Part shown: positions 38,568 through 46,841 of the stretch, one piece after another
Position numbering within the stretch: position 1 is the stretch's first letter
Layout of the letters: each line of letters opens with the position of its first letter
NCBI GenBank assembly: GCA_020438215.1
Contig: JAGQUX010000004.1
Coordinates: forward strand, 4,636-68,635
Origin: Armatimonadota bacterium
Lineage (GTDB): Bacteria; Armatimonadota; Fimbriimonadia; Fimbriimonadales; Fimbriimonadaceae
DNA length: 64,000 nucleotides
Direction: 5' to 3'
Made by a program: the position numbers and the translations under genes
The notes under the pieces: generated by a model
What the model saw: the letters and a program-made list of their open reading frames with translations, nothing else
Told to the model about the DNA's origin: nothing
The model's database searches: none

Positions 38568-38929
38568 CCCCCCCGTCCAATATGTCCCCCTTCACGGAAG
38601 CGCACCCAGAAGATGTAGATCCCGGCGAGAGCGATTGGCAAGACGCCAATCCACCAGAGAGTCATGGAGAATGAATCATCTCTTGGAAAACTGAGTGTTG
38701 CCATGAGTGCTGGCACCAAAAAGAAATTGCCGCTTACTAGATTTCGCTTATTCTTTTGCTCGAACTGAATAACCGAACCAATTGAAGCCAGTACGCCTAA
38801 TCCGGCATATGAATATCCCGCCAGCTCTCTGAACCAAATCAGCGAAATGATATGAAAAGCCAGGCTAACCAGCGACAGTGCCACCCCAAACACCCAAAAC
38901 CAAACGCTACGCTTTCTCTGCTTGCTCAC
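38555..38929 (-). CDS. Hypothetical ~4-TM membrane protein
   Basis: GTG start after a purine-rich GAGGAGAAGAAGA tract; four hydrophobic segments. Confidence 0.65.
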   Translation of the reverse strand: MSKQRKRSVWFWVFGVALSLVSLAFHIISLIWFRELAGYSYAGLGVLASIGSVIQFEQKNKRNLVSGNFFLVPALMATLSFPRDDSFSMTLWWIGVLPIALAGIYIFWVRFREGGHIGRGGCSE

Positions 38930-39275
38930 TCTTCTTCTCCTCATGTCTCTGAGAATCACCGAAGTTCGATGACAGCATGACAATGCATCCAGCTACGATT
39001 CCTACACAATATAACCCGCCCTGCGCGTAGTCTTTCCGAGGTAGCTGATATGCCGCCTGCATCAAAACAAAAGCAATGGCGATAAAGAATCCAGTCCGAA
39101 ACCACTCTTTTGCTCTGCGAACGACAATTGATGAGGCACTGCAGGCGACCAGCAGAAAAAAGTAAGCCAACCCCGTCTGTGCATCCCACCAACGGAGCGT
39201 CGCCCAATACCAAACTCCGCAGAGAGTCGGCGCCGCCACTCCCCAAATCCAAAACTTCGGAGTGAGCTCTTTCAT
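38907..39275 (-). CDS. Hypothetical ~4-TM membrane protein
   Basis: ATGA overlap with the upstream stop; four hydrophobic segments. Confidence 0.7.
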   Translation of the reverse strand: MKELTPKFWIWGVAAPTLCGVWYWATLRWWDAQTGLAYFFLLVACSASSIVVRRAKEWFRTGFFIAIAFVLMQAAYQLPRKDYAQGGLYCVGIVAGCIVMLSSNFGDSQRHEEKKSEQAEKA

Positions 39276-40033
39276 TTCACCGCCTTTGTGCGGCGTGCCC
39301 GGACGCTTTTCGCGATGATATAGGCTCCAATCCCCGTGTTCAGCACGAGCGAGGCAATAACCAGAACTTCAACAAACGCGGGAATCTCCCCGACATGACT
39401 CATGAGCCCCCGACTAGAAAGGAGCATCAGCAAGCCGTAGCTGGCATACATTGAGTTCATGCGTAGCTTCAACCCCACCAGCGGAGCTACGAAAGAAATA
39501 GCAAGCAAGACATAAAATGCCGAATAACAAATGTTGGGGTTGGTCTGGAAATTGGCGACCATCAAGAAGAGCAGGAGGATGGGCAATCCTCCCGCCAAAG
39601 CCAGCCAATAAAGCGCCCTTTCCTGATCAGATTGATGCACTTTGCTCATGCTCGCTCCTTCCAAGCCGGTTGGCTGAAATACCACTTTCGCGCCCCCGCC
39701 CAGGCAAGTAAACCGATGCCCCAAAATAAAAAGTCCCCAGATGGCCAACCATCCCCGATCAGACCGGAGAGCCATTTGAATAAAACCGATACCAAGTGGG
39801 ATCATACACAGGAGACCCCAACCCTTTTCGCTCTTTGAATATGCAATCTCACGCCATTGAGCAACTAGTACGCTGGCAAAGCCAATAAAGGAGACGCACC
39901 AAACAAAAATAGTTAGCTCGTTTGGAAAACAAAGATAGAACCCGCACGCGTACCCAACGAGAACCCAAGGATGCTCCCCAAAAGCAAAGTGCTTCGCCCA
40001 ATGCGTTTTCTCCCGAGCAGTCATTTGCTCCAC
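39272..40033 (-). CDS. Hypothetical multi-TM protein (two ~4-TM halves)
   Basis: Hydrophobic halves joined by a polar linker that contains an in-frame SD plus ATG at 39649. Confidence 0.7.
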   Translation of the reverse strand: MEQMTAREKTHWAKHFAFGEHPWVLVGYACGFYLCFPNELTIFVWCVSFIGFASVLVAQWREIAYSKSEKGWGLLCMIPLGIGFIQMALRSDRGWLAIWGLFILGHRFTCLGGGAKVVFQPTGLEGASMSKVHQSDQERALYWLALAGGLPILLLFLMVANFQTNPNICYSAFYVLLAISFVAPLVGLKLRMNSMYASYGLLMLLSSRGLMSHVGEIPAFVEVLVIASLVLNTGIGAYIIAKSVRARRTKAVK

Positions 40034-40071
40034 CTCTTTATGATATCAAAAACTTGGCAAAGTTGCCACTA

Positions 40072-41073
40072 TCACTCCAGCGGTTTTTCCGAGAGCCAGC
40101 GCAAAGCAAGAGTATTCTCGTGCTCCTTCCAGTCGCCATAGCCCAACGCCCAAGTGAGGGCATACCAACGCTCCAATGCAACCCAATAAGTGACATTAAG
40201 CTGACTCATGGACATCTCCTTGGTCAGCATCCCATTGATCTTGAAGTCATTGCCATGCCAATCTAATTCCGGCAGGTGACGCTTGATATCCCTCAAGTCT
40301 TCTCCGGACGACGAAGCGCTGTTGATCGCCCTGAAGAAATCCGATTCCCGAATAAAAAGCTCCTCATCGACACGCCACATCACCGCATCACAGATTCGGC
40401 GCGCAATTTCCAGCTCATTTTCGGATCGGAGCTTAGCTCTCCCCCTGTGAGCCTTCCAATTCGTGGTGGGAATCTCGTTTTCTAGCGTTCCGAAATAATC
40501 CGCTTCCCAGATATCAAAGTTGATATCAAATTCGACATAGCCAAGCGCAAAATCGAGAGCGTGCGCCGCCTCACTCCGATATCGAAGATCCGTGTTTTCC
40601 TGTTCGCTGAGCTCGCCGATTGCTTTGTCCATCAGCGCTTGGTCAGCAGGATCAAGCGTAATCACTTCTTGAGAAATTTCTTGCAGGTTTTTCAGAAAAA
40701 CCTGGCTCTCCCGGTCATCCGCGTTGAAATAGTCATCCGAACGCTCTGACATCAAGAACTCCGTCATCATGCGCTCATAAATTGCATCCTGGCTCTGCGG
40801 AGTCCCCTGCTTCAGAGGTTCGCCATACACCGCATTGTCCAGGAGCTTATCGGCAAAGAATCCGAGCACAATCATTGAGATAAAGCACAACCCCGCTGCG
40901 GCAATCAAGAGCCATACCCAAATCGGCACCTTTGATTTCTGTGGTGCGGAAGGGGAGTGCATCGGCGGTGGTGAGGCCGGAAACCCTTGTTGTGGCGGAG
41001 GCATGGACATGTTTCTTTCTCTCCTGATCAACTCATTATGCATCGACCTAAAGCTAAATCCCCTAGAAACCAA
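40072..41073 (-). CDS. Membrane-anchored protein with DUF4272-like C-terminal region (start probably downstream, at MSMPPP)
   Basis: Pro-rich N-terminus, TM helix, C-terminal ERWYALTW resembling the DUF4272 ERHYALNW motif. Confidence 0.6.
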   Translation of the reverse strand: MVSRGFSFRSMHNELIRRERNMSMPPPQQGFPASPPPMHSPSAPQKSKVPIWVWLLIAAAGLCFISMIVLGFFADKLLDNAVYGEPLKQGTPQSQDAIYERMMTEFLMSERSDDYFNADDRESQVFLKNLQEISQEVITLDPADQALMDKAIGELSEQENTDLRYRSEAAHALDFALGYVEFDINFDIWEADYFGTLENEIPTTNWKAHRGRAKLRSENELEIARRICDAVMWRVDEELFIRESDFFRAINSASSSGEDLRDIKRHLPELDWHGNDFKINGMLTKEMSMSQLNVTYWVALERWYALTWALGYGDWKEHENTLALRWLSEKPLE

Positions 41074-41147
41074 TACAGAAATTACCGCGAGGTCCCGCGA
41101 GTGGTGGATTCAATCCCTAACCACGCGGGTATCCTTCGTTGTCCCGT

Positions 41148-41233
41148 GGGGAGTTGCCCGAGTGGCCAATGGGAACAGACTGTAAATCTGTCGGCGGAAG
41201 CCTACGCAGGTTCGAATCCTGCACTCCCCACCA
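41148..41233 (+). tRNA. tRNA-Tyr(GTA)
   Basis: Acceptor GGGGAGT/ACTCCCC, anticodon arm ACAGA-CTGTAAA-TCTGT, long variable arm, GTTCGAATC, encoded CCA. Confidence 0.97.
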
Positions 41234-41243
41234 TATTCATATT

Positions 41244-41318
41244 GCCCCCGTAGCTCAGAGGTAGAGCGTTCCCTTGGTAAGGGAGAGGTCACGAGTTCAA
41301 TTCTCGTCGGGGGCTCCA
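41244..41318 (+). tRNA. tRNA-Thr(GGT)
   Basis: Acceptor GCCCCCG/CGGGGGC, anticodon loop TTGGTAA, GTTCAATTC, encoded CCA. Confidence 0.97.
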
Positions 41319-41365
41319 GTCTATTAATGCCCCTTGCTTCCTGGCAGACATTTCCTTTATTCTAA

Positions 41366-41935
41366 GTGGCAATGTCGCCCAAGCCCCGCATCGACGAAGC
41401 TAAAGTGATCGCCGCAACAGGTCATGGCTGGGATCACTGGTTCGCCATTCTGGATCAGATGGAAGGCCCAAAAATCGGGCATGCGGCAATGGCGAAACGC
41501 CTCCGCGAAGATCACAATATGAATGCCTGGTGGTGCCAGACCGTCACAATTGAGTACGAAATTGCGCGGGGACTCCGTGTCCCGCAACAAAAGACAGATG
41601 GTTCGTTCGCCTGCTCGGGACGACGAAAAGTCAATCTGAGCCCAGCCAAAACATGGGAACGCTTGAGCCACGGCGACTACTCCATCTTCTGGAGTGGAGA
41701 CAAACTCTCTGCCGGGCCGCTCGTAGGGCAAATCAAGAAGATGGAAGAAGGCGAGCTCATCAAGTCAGTGTTTGAAGGAAAGAGCGAAATGACTCTCCAA
41801 ATTCTCAACGAAGATGGCCGCGGCGTGGTGATGCTTGACTTTCAGAATCTGAAATCGCAAGATCACGCTAACGAAATCAAGGAGCTCATCAAGAAGCCCC
41901 TCGATTCTGTTCGTGATGCCCTCAACGGTATTTAG
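41366..41935 (+). CDS. Hypothetical protein (DUF4287-like N-terminus, SRPBCC-like C-terminus)
   Basis: ATGHGWDHWFAILD...WWCQTVTIEYE pattern. Confidence 0.65.
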   Translation: MAMSPKPRIDEAKVIAATGHGWDHWFAILDQMEGPKIGHAAMAKRLREDHNMNAWWCQTVTIEYEIARGLRVPQQKTDGSFACSGRRKVNLSPAKTWERLSHGDYSIFWSGDKLSAGPLVGQIKKMEEGELIKSVFEGKSEMTLQILNEDGRGVVMLDFQNLKSQDHANEIKELIKKPLDSVRDALNGI

Positions 41936-43911
41936 TTGACCAACCGCATTGCCGCATCAACCACATGGTTGACAGTCATTCCCATTTCCGCATAAGCGAC
42001 ATCGCCGGGCGCGCTGGTACCAAAGCGGTCAATGCCAATCGCAATTCCGTTATCGCCGATAACATCGCGCCAACCGTAAGTCACGCCCGCTTCGAGGCTG
42101 ATTCGTGGCAATTCACCTGGCAACACATCAGAGCGATACTCCGGCGATTGCTCCATAAATGTCTCGCGGCACGGCATGGAAACGACTCGCGCATGAACAC
42201 CTTTCTCAGCAAGCGCATCAGCCGATTCCATCGCTAGACCAACTTCTGATCCGCTGGCTACCAGCACGATCTGCGCATCTGCAGAATCCCGCAAAACATA
42301 TGCGCCATTATCAACCTTTTGGTTACTAGTCGCATAATTTTTGACTTTCTGTCGTGTCTCAATGATTGCCGCCGCTCGCCCAGATGCAAACGCCTCTCGC
42401 CAGCAAGCAAAGGTTTCCGCCGTATCTGCCGGGCGATAAACCTTCAGGCCGGGGATCAACCGGAGTGCCGCAACGTGCTCAATCGGCTGATGAGTTGGGC
42501 CATCCTCACCCACAAAAACGGAGTCGTGTGTAAACACCCAGAGCGAGCTCAGATGTGAGAGCGAAGACAGCCGGATGCTCCCTCGCATATAGTCGCTGAA
42601 AACAAGGAAAGTGCTTCCCAGAGCCCGCATTCCGTGGTGGCAAAGCCCATTCACGATTGCCCCCATCGCGTGTTCACGAACGCCGAAGAACAGGTTCCGA
42701 CCTTCGTGATCGTTTGCAGAGAAATTCCCGCTTCCTGACCATTGCGTTTTAGTTGAGCCAGCCAGGTCAGCGGCCCCACCAATAAACCAAGGCACCTTGT
42801 TGGCGATGGCGTTCAGAGCGATCTTTCCGGCATCGCGGGTGGCCATTTCCTGACTCGTGTCGAGAGCTAACAACTCAGAATCCCAGCCATCCGGCAGCGT
42901 GCCGTTCATGATGTGACTGAGTTCGCCCGCTAATGCAGAGTCAAACGACTTCAGTTTTTCAAACTCGTCACTCCAGGTATCAACCAATTGGTTACCTTTC
43001 GATCCAGCGTCCGCAGAAAGCGAAGCAAGCTCATCTGGCACCAGGAACTTGGCGTCTTCGGGCCAACCAAGATTCCGCTTAGTTTCGGCAACGCCATCAG
43101 CACCAATCGGCGCACCATGTACCTTCGAAGTTCCCGCCAACGGTGACCCAAAACCGATCACCGTCTTGACAATAATCAAGCTCGGCTGATCAGTGACGCC
43201 TCTCGCCTCTTCCACCTTTTGGTGAATATCTTCCAGGTCATTTCCATCCGCAACCTCGCTAACGTGCCAGCCCATCGCACGGAATTTCGCCGCTGTATCT
43301 TCACCAAAACTCAGATCGCACGGGCCATCGAGAGAGATGTCGTTGCTGTCGTAGAGATAAATCAACTTGCCTAGCCGCAGGTGTCCAGCAAGAGAAGCCG
43401 CCTCCAAAGCAACTCCTTCCATCAAATCGCCATCCGAGACGATCGCGTAGGTGAAGTGGTCGATCACCTTCGCACCGCCGACGTTGTAGCGTTTGGCGAG
43501 CCAGGCTTCGGCCATTGCCATCCCGACACCATTGGCGAATCCCTGCCCCAGCGGGCCAGTCGTGCATTCCACTCCGGCGGTGTGCCCAGCTTCTGGATGA
43601 CCCGGTGTTTTTGAACCGAGTTGGCGGAATTTTTTGAGTTCGTCTAAGCTCAAATCGTAGCCAAAGATGTGGAGCAACGCATATTGCAAAGCTGACCCGT
43701 GACCCGGAGAGAGGATGAAGCGATCGCGGTCAAACCAGTCCGGCTGACCAGGGTGGAATCGCATCTGTTTAGCAAAAAGCGCATATGCCATTGGCGCCGC
43801 ACCCAAAGGCAATCCTGGGTGGCCCGAATTCGCCTCCTCCACCATGTCCACACTCAAAAATCGCAGAGTATTGACTGCCAACTGATCAATTGCCGCCACC
43901 GTTTGATTCAT
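41932..43911 (-). CDS. tkt: Transketolase
   Basis: SGHPGLP, RDRFILSPGH, TTGPLGQG, GDGD-like SDGDLMEG, THDS, GEDGPTHQPIE. Confidence 0.97.
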   Translation of the reverse strand: MNQTVAAIDQLAVNTLRFLSVDMVEEANSGHPGLPLGAAPMAYALFAKQMRFHPGQPDWFDRDRFILSPGHGSALQYALLHIFGYDLSLDELKKFRQLGSKTPGHPEAGHTAGVECTTGPLGQGFANGVGMAMAEAWLAKRYNVGGAKVIDHFTYAIVSDGDLMEGVALEAASLAGHLRLGKLIYLYDSNDISLDGPCDLSFGEDTAAKFRAMGWHVSEVADGNDLEDIHQKVEEARGVTDQPSLIIVKTVIGFGSPLAGTSKVHGAPIGADGVAETKRNLGWPEDAKFLVPDELASLSADAGSKGNQLVDTWSDEFEKLKSFDSALAGELSHIMNGTLPDGWDSELLALDTSQEMATRDAGKIALNAIANKVPWFIGGAADLAGSTKTQWSGSGNFSANDHEGRNLFFGVREHAMGAIVNGLCHHGMRALGSTFLVFSDYMRGSIRLSSLSHLSSLWVFTHDSVFVGEDGPTHQPIEHVAALRLIPGLKVYRPADTAETFACWREAFASGRAAAIIETRQKVKNYATSNQKVDNGAYVLRDSADAQIVLVASGSEVGLAMESADALAEKGVHARVVSMPCRETFMEQSPEYRSDVLPGELPRISLEAGVTYGWRDVIGDNGIAIGIDRFGTSAPGDVAYAEMGMTVNHVVDAAMRLVN

Positions 43912-43988
43912 CTCACACACCGTTCCTGGGAACAGGGGCAGTTTATCATCGGAACCAGGTGGCGTCCCGTGGCTTTTGCACACTCAGA

Positions 43989-44381
43989 CTAGGTCAGTTT
44001 CCATTCACTGTTATATAGAACCAAACCATAGCCATCGTGATCTTGGAAAGTTCGCCCGCCACGCTTCCAATAGGGGTTGAATGGCTCGATTTCAATAAAG
44101 CCAACCAAAATCATGCGCTCGCAACATTCTTCCCAGTCATTGCGATCTGGAACATAAAACACCAGCAGATCTTCTACAGTCGGAGAGGGGCTGATCGGGT
44201 GATGCTCGCATGTCACAAGTTCCAGATGGTAACTACCCTCCGGATCACCCACCATCACACCACTAAAGCCTTCGTGCTGTTCAAACCCTCCCAGCCGCAT
44301 CCAATTCAAACCAAGGCAATACATTTCTGCCGACCGCTCAAGATTGGAAACTGGTCGGGCAACTCTGAAATGCTGAATCAT
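43989..44381 (-). CDS. VOC/glyoxalase family protein (YycE-like)
   Basis: RVARPV, YHLEL, DLLVFY, NPYW...TFQDHDGY. Confidence 0.88.
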   Translation of the reverse strand: MIQHFRVARPVSNLERSAEMYCLGLNWMRLGGFEQHEGFSGVMVGDPEGSYHLELVTCEHHPISPSPTVEDLLVFYVPDRNDWEECCERMILVGFIEIEPFNPYWKRGGRTFQDHDGYGLVLYNSEWKLT

Positions 44382-44428
44382 GGCAAACAGTCTAATTCAA
44401 TCCTCCGACACAGTATCCTGAACCCGCA

Positions 44429-45421
44429 ATGCGATTAACGCACCTTGTTTCTTGCGCTGGTTGAGCGAGCAAGCTGGGGCCATCCCAGTTGGCGGAGGTT
44501 CTCCGTCATTTGCCGGCACAAAGCCATCCTGATCTGCTGGTCGGTTTCGACACGCGGGACGATGCCGGTGTGCTTCGACTTCCGGATGGGCGCGCATTGG
44601 TGCAAACGGTTGATTTCTTTACTCCGGTGGTTGATGATCCGTACTCATACGGTCAAATTGCCGCCGCCAACGCCCTGAGCGATGTGTACGCGATGGGCGG
44701 TACACCAATTTCTGCATTGAACATCGCTTGCTTTGACCCCGAGGCGGCCCCCGCTGAAGTTTGGGCAGAGATTTTCCGGGGAATGGCAGAAAAAACTCTG
44801 GAATCTGGCGCGGTTCTTCTAGGTGGACACTCTGTCGAAGATGACGAACCCAAATTTGGAATGGCGGTGACTGGCCTTGTTGATCCCGATGCTATTTTCG
44901 CAAACTCCAATGCGAAGAATGGGGAATCCATCTGGCTGAGCAAGCCACTCGGAACCGGGATCGTCACCACCGCCGCGAAGTTTGATAAATGCTCAGCCGA
45001 AACACTTCAAGCTGGCATCCAAACGATGAGTGCGCTGAACAACATCGCGGCAGAAACATCTCGAAAGGCTGGTGTCAAGTGCGGTACCGACATCACTGGT
45101 TTTGGGTTGCTCGGTCACCTGGGGCACATCGCACGGGAAAGCGGCGTCACCATCGAAATCTCTGTTTCTCAGCTCCCATTGCTCCCAGAAATTGAACATC
45201 TCGTCGCTCTTGGCGCAACGACGGGTGGCGCAATCAAGAACCGTGAAATGGTTTCTTCGATGCTCCAATCCGAGATTGATGAAAGCGACTGGCGATGGCA
45301 TGTTCTCGCCGACCCACAAACCAGCGGCGGACTCGCGGTGACCTCAACGACTCCGCTCGAGGGCTTCACCCAGATCGGCAGAGTGGTGTCTGGCCCCGCT
45401 GTGCTCAAAATCGTCGAGTAA
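44429..45421 (+). CDS. selD: Selenide, water dikinase with selenocysteine at codon 12
   Basis: [20 protein letters not shown] in frame with [44 protein letters not shown]. Confidence 0.93.
44472..44490 (+). promoter_or_regulatory. Candidate bacterial SECIS hairpin
   Basis: AGCTGGG-GCCAT-CCCAGTT stem-loop just 3' of the in-frame TGA (44462-44464); loop starts with G. Confidence 0.65.
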
Positions 45422-45443
45422 TCAGAGCCCGGCTCAGGCTAAA

Positions 45444-46841
45444 ATGAGTTCATTCATGGCAAAAACCCTTTTTGAAAAGGTCTGGGAAAACCACGTCGTC
45501 TCTGATCTCCCCGGCGGCGGAACCCTCATTTACATCGACCGCCACCTTGTACACGAAGTCACTTCCCCACAAGCTTTTGATGGTCTCCGCGAAAAGGGTC
45601 GCCCAGTTCGTCGCCCTGACCTCACCTTTGCGACGGCAGATCACAACGTCCCCACCGACGGGCGCGAAATTGATACCTCCAGCCTCAGCGGACAACAGCT
45701 CGCCGCCCTTGATCATAACGCGAAGGAGTTCGGAGTTCCGCTCTTTGGCTATAACCACCCCAAGCAAGGCATTGTCCACATCATCGGCCCGCAACTCGGG
45801 ATTACCCTCCCTGGCTTGACCATTGTCTGCGGTGATAGCCACACCTCAACTCACGGTGCCTTTGGGGCACTCGCTTTCGGGATCGGCACCAGCGAAGTGG
45901 AGCACGTTCTTGCCACCCAAACTCTGCGTTTTGCTAAGAAACCCAAGACTCTCGGGATTGAAGCGACCGGCAAACTGGGAGAAGGGGTTGTTGCCAAGGA
46001 CATCATCCTTGCCATCATCCGCAAACTCGGTGCAGGGGGCGGAACCGGCTATGTCGTCGAATATCGCGGCGACGCTATTCAGTCGCTGGATATGGCTGGC
46101 CGCATGACCATCTGCAACATGAGCATTGAAATGGGAGCCCGCACCGGAATGGTCGCCCCCGATGACGTCACTTTTGACTACATTTCCGCGGAAGATCGAC
46201 CTTATGCTCCAAAAGGAGCCGCTTTTGACGAGATGGTTGCTCATGCGCGGTCGCTAGCGACCGATCCTGGTGCAACATTTGATCGCTCGGAAACCTTGGA
46301 TGTTAATGACCTCAAGCCGCAAGTTTCTTGGGGCACAACCCCCGCGATGACCGTTGATATCGACGAAGCCATCCCTGAGCCAAAAGATGCCGCCGAAAAG
46401 CGCGCTCAGATGTACATGGGCTTGACTCCAGGAACGCCTGTGAATGAACTTGATATCAACACGGTGTTCATCGGCTCCTGTACCAACGCTCGTATTGAAG
46501 ACTTGCGCCAAGCCGCATCTTTAGTTGCGGGTCACCGAGTCGCTGATGGTGTTCGCGCGATGGTTGTCCCGGGTTCTGCCGCCGTGCGGGCCCAAGCCGA
46601 GCAAGAAGGACTCGATCGTACATTCCTCGAAGCGGGATTTGAGTGGCATTACGCGGGATGCTCCATGTGCCTTGGCATGAATGGAGACATCCTCCGACCA
46701 GGGCAACGTAGCGCCAGCACCAGCAACCGCCCGTACGAAGGTCGCCAAGGGCCAGGTTCGCGAACACATCTTGTCAGCCCACTCACGGCAGCGGCAACCG
46801 CCCTCACCGGCAAGCTCGCTGACCCGAGGAAGTACCTCTGA
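45444..46841 (+). CDS. leuC: 3-isopropylmalate dehydratase large subunit
   Basis: [53 protein letters not shown]. Confidence 0.96.
   Translation: MSSFMAKTLFEKVWENHVVSDLPGGGTLIYIDRHLVHEVTSPQAFDGLREKGRPVRRPDLTFATADHNVPTDGREIDTSSLSGQQLAALDHNAKEFGVPLFGYNHPKQGIVHIIGPQLGITLPGLTIVCGDSHTSTHGAFGALAFGIGTSEVEHVLATQTLRFAKKPKTLGIEATGKLGEGVVAKDIILAIIRKLGAGGGTGYVVEYRGDAIQSLDMAGRMTICNMSIEMGARTGMVAPDDVTFDYISAEDRPYAPKGAAFDEMVAHARSLATDPGATFDRSETLDVNDLKPQVSWGTTPAMTVDIDEAIPEPKDAAEKRAQMYMGLTPGTPVNELDINTVFIGSCTNARIEDLRQAASLVAGHRVADGVRAMVVPGSAAVRAQAEQEGLDRTFLEAGFEWHYAGCSMCLGMNGDILRPGQRSASTSNRPYEGRQGPGSRTHLVSPLTAAATALTGKLADPRKYL

Noticed and set aside
41148-41365. tRNA pair as a prophage or ICE attachment site
   Set aside because: No integrase, and I saw no duplicated tRNA 3' end in the window.
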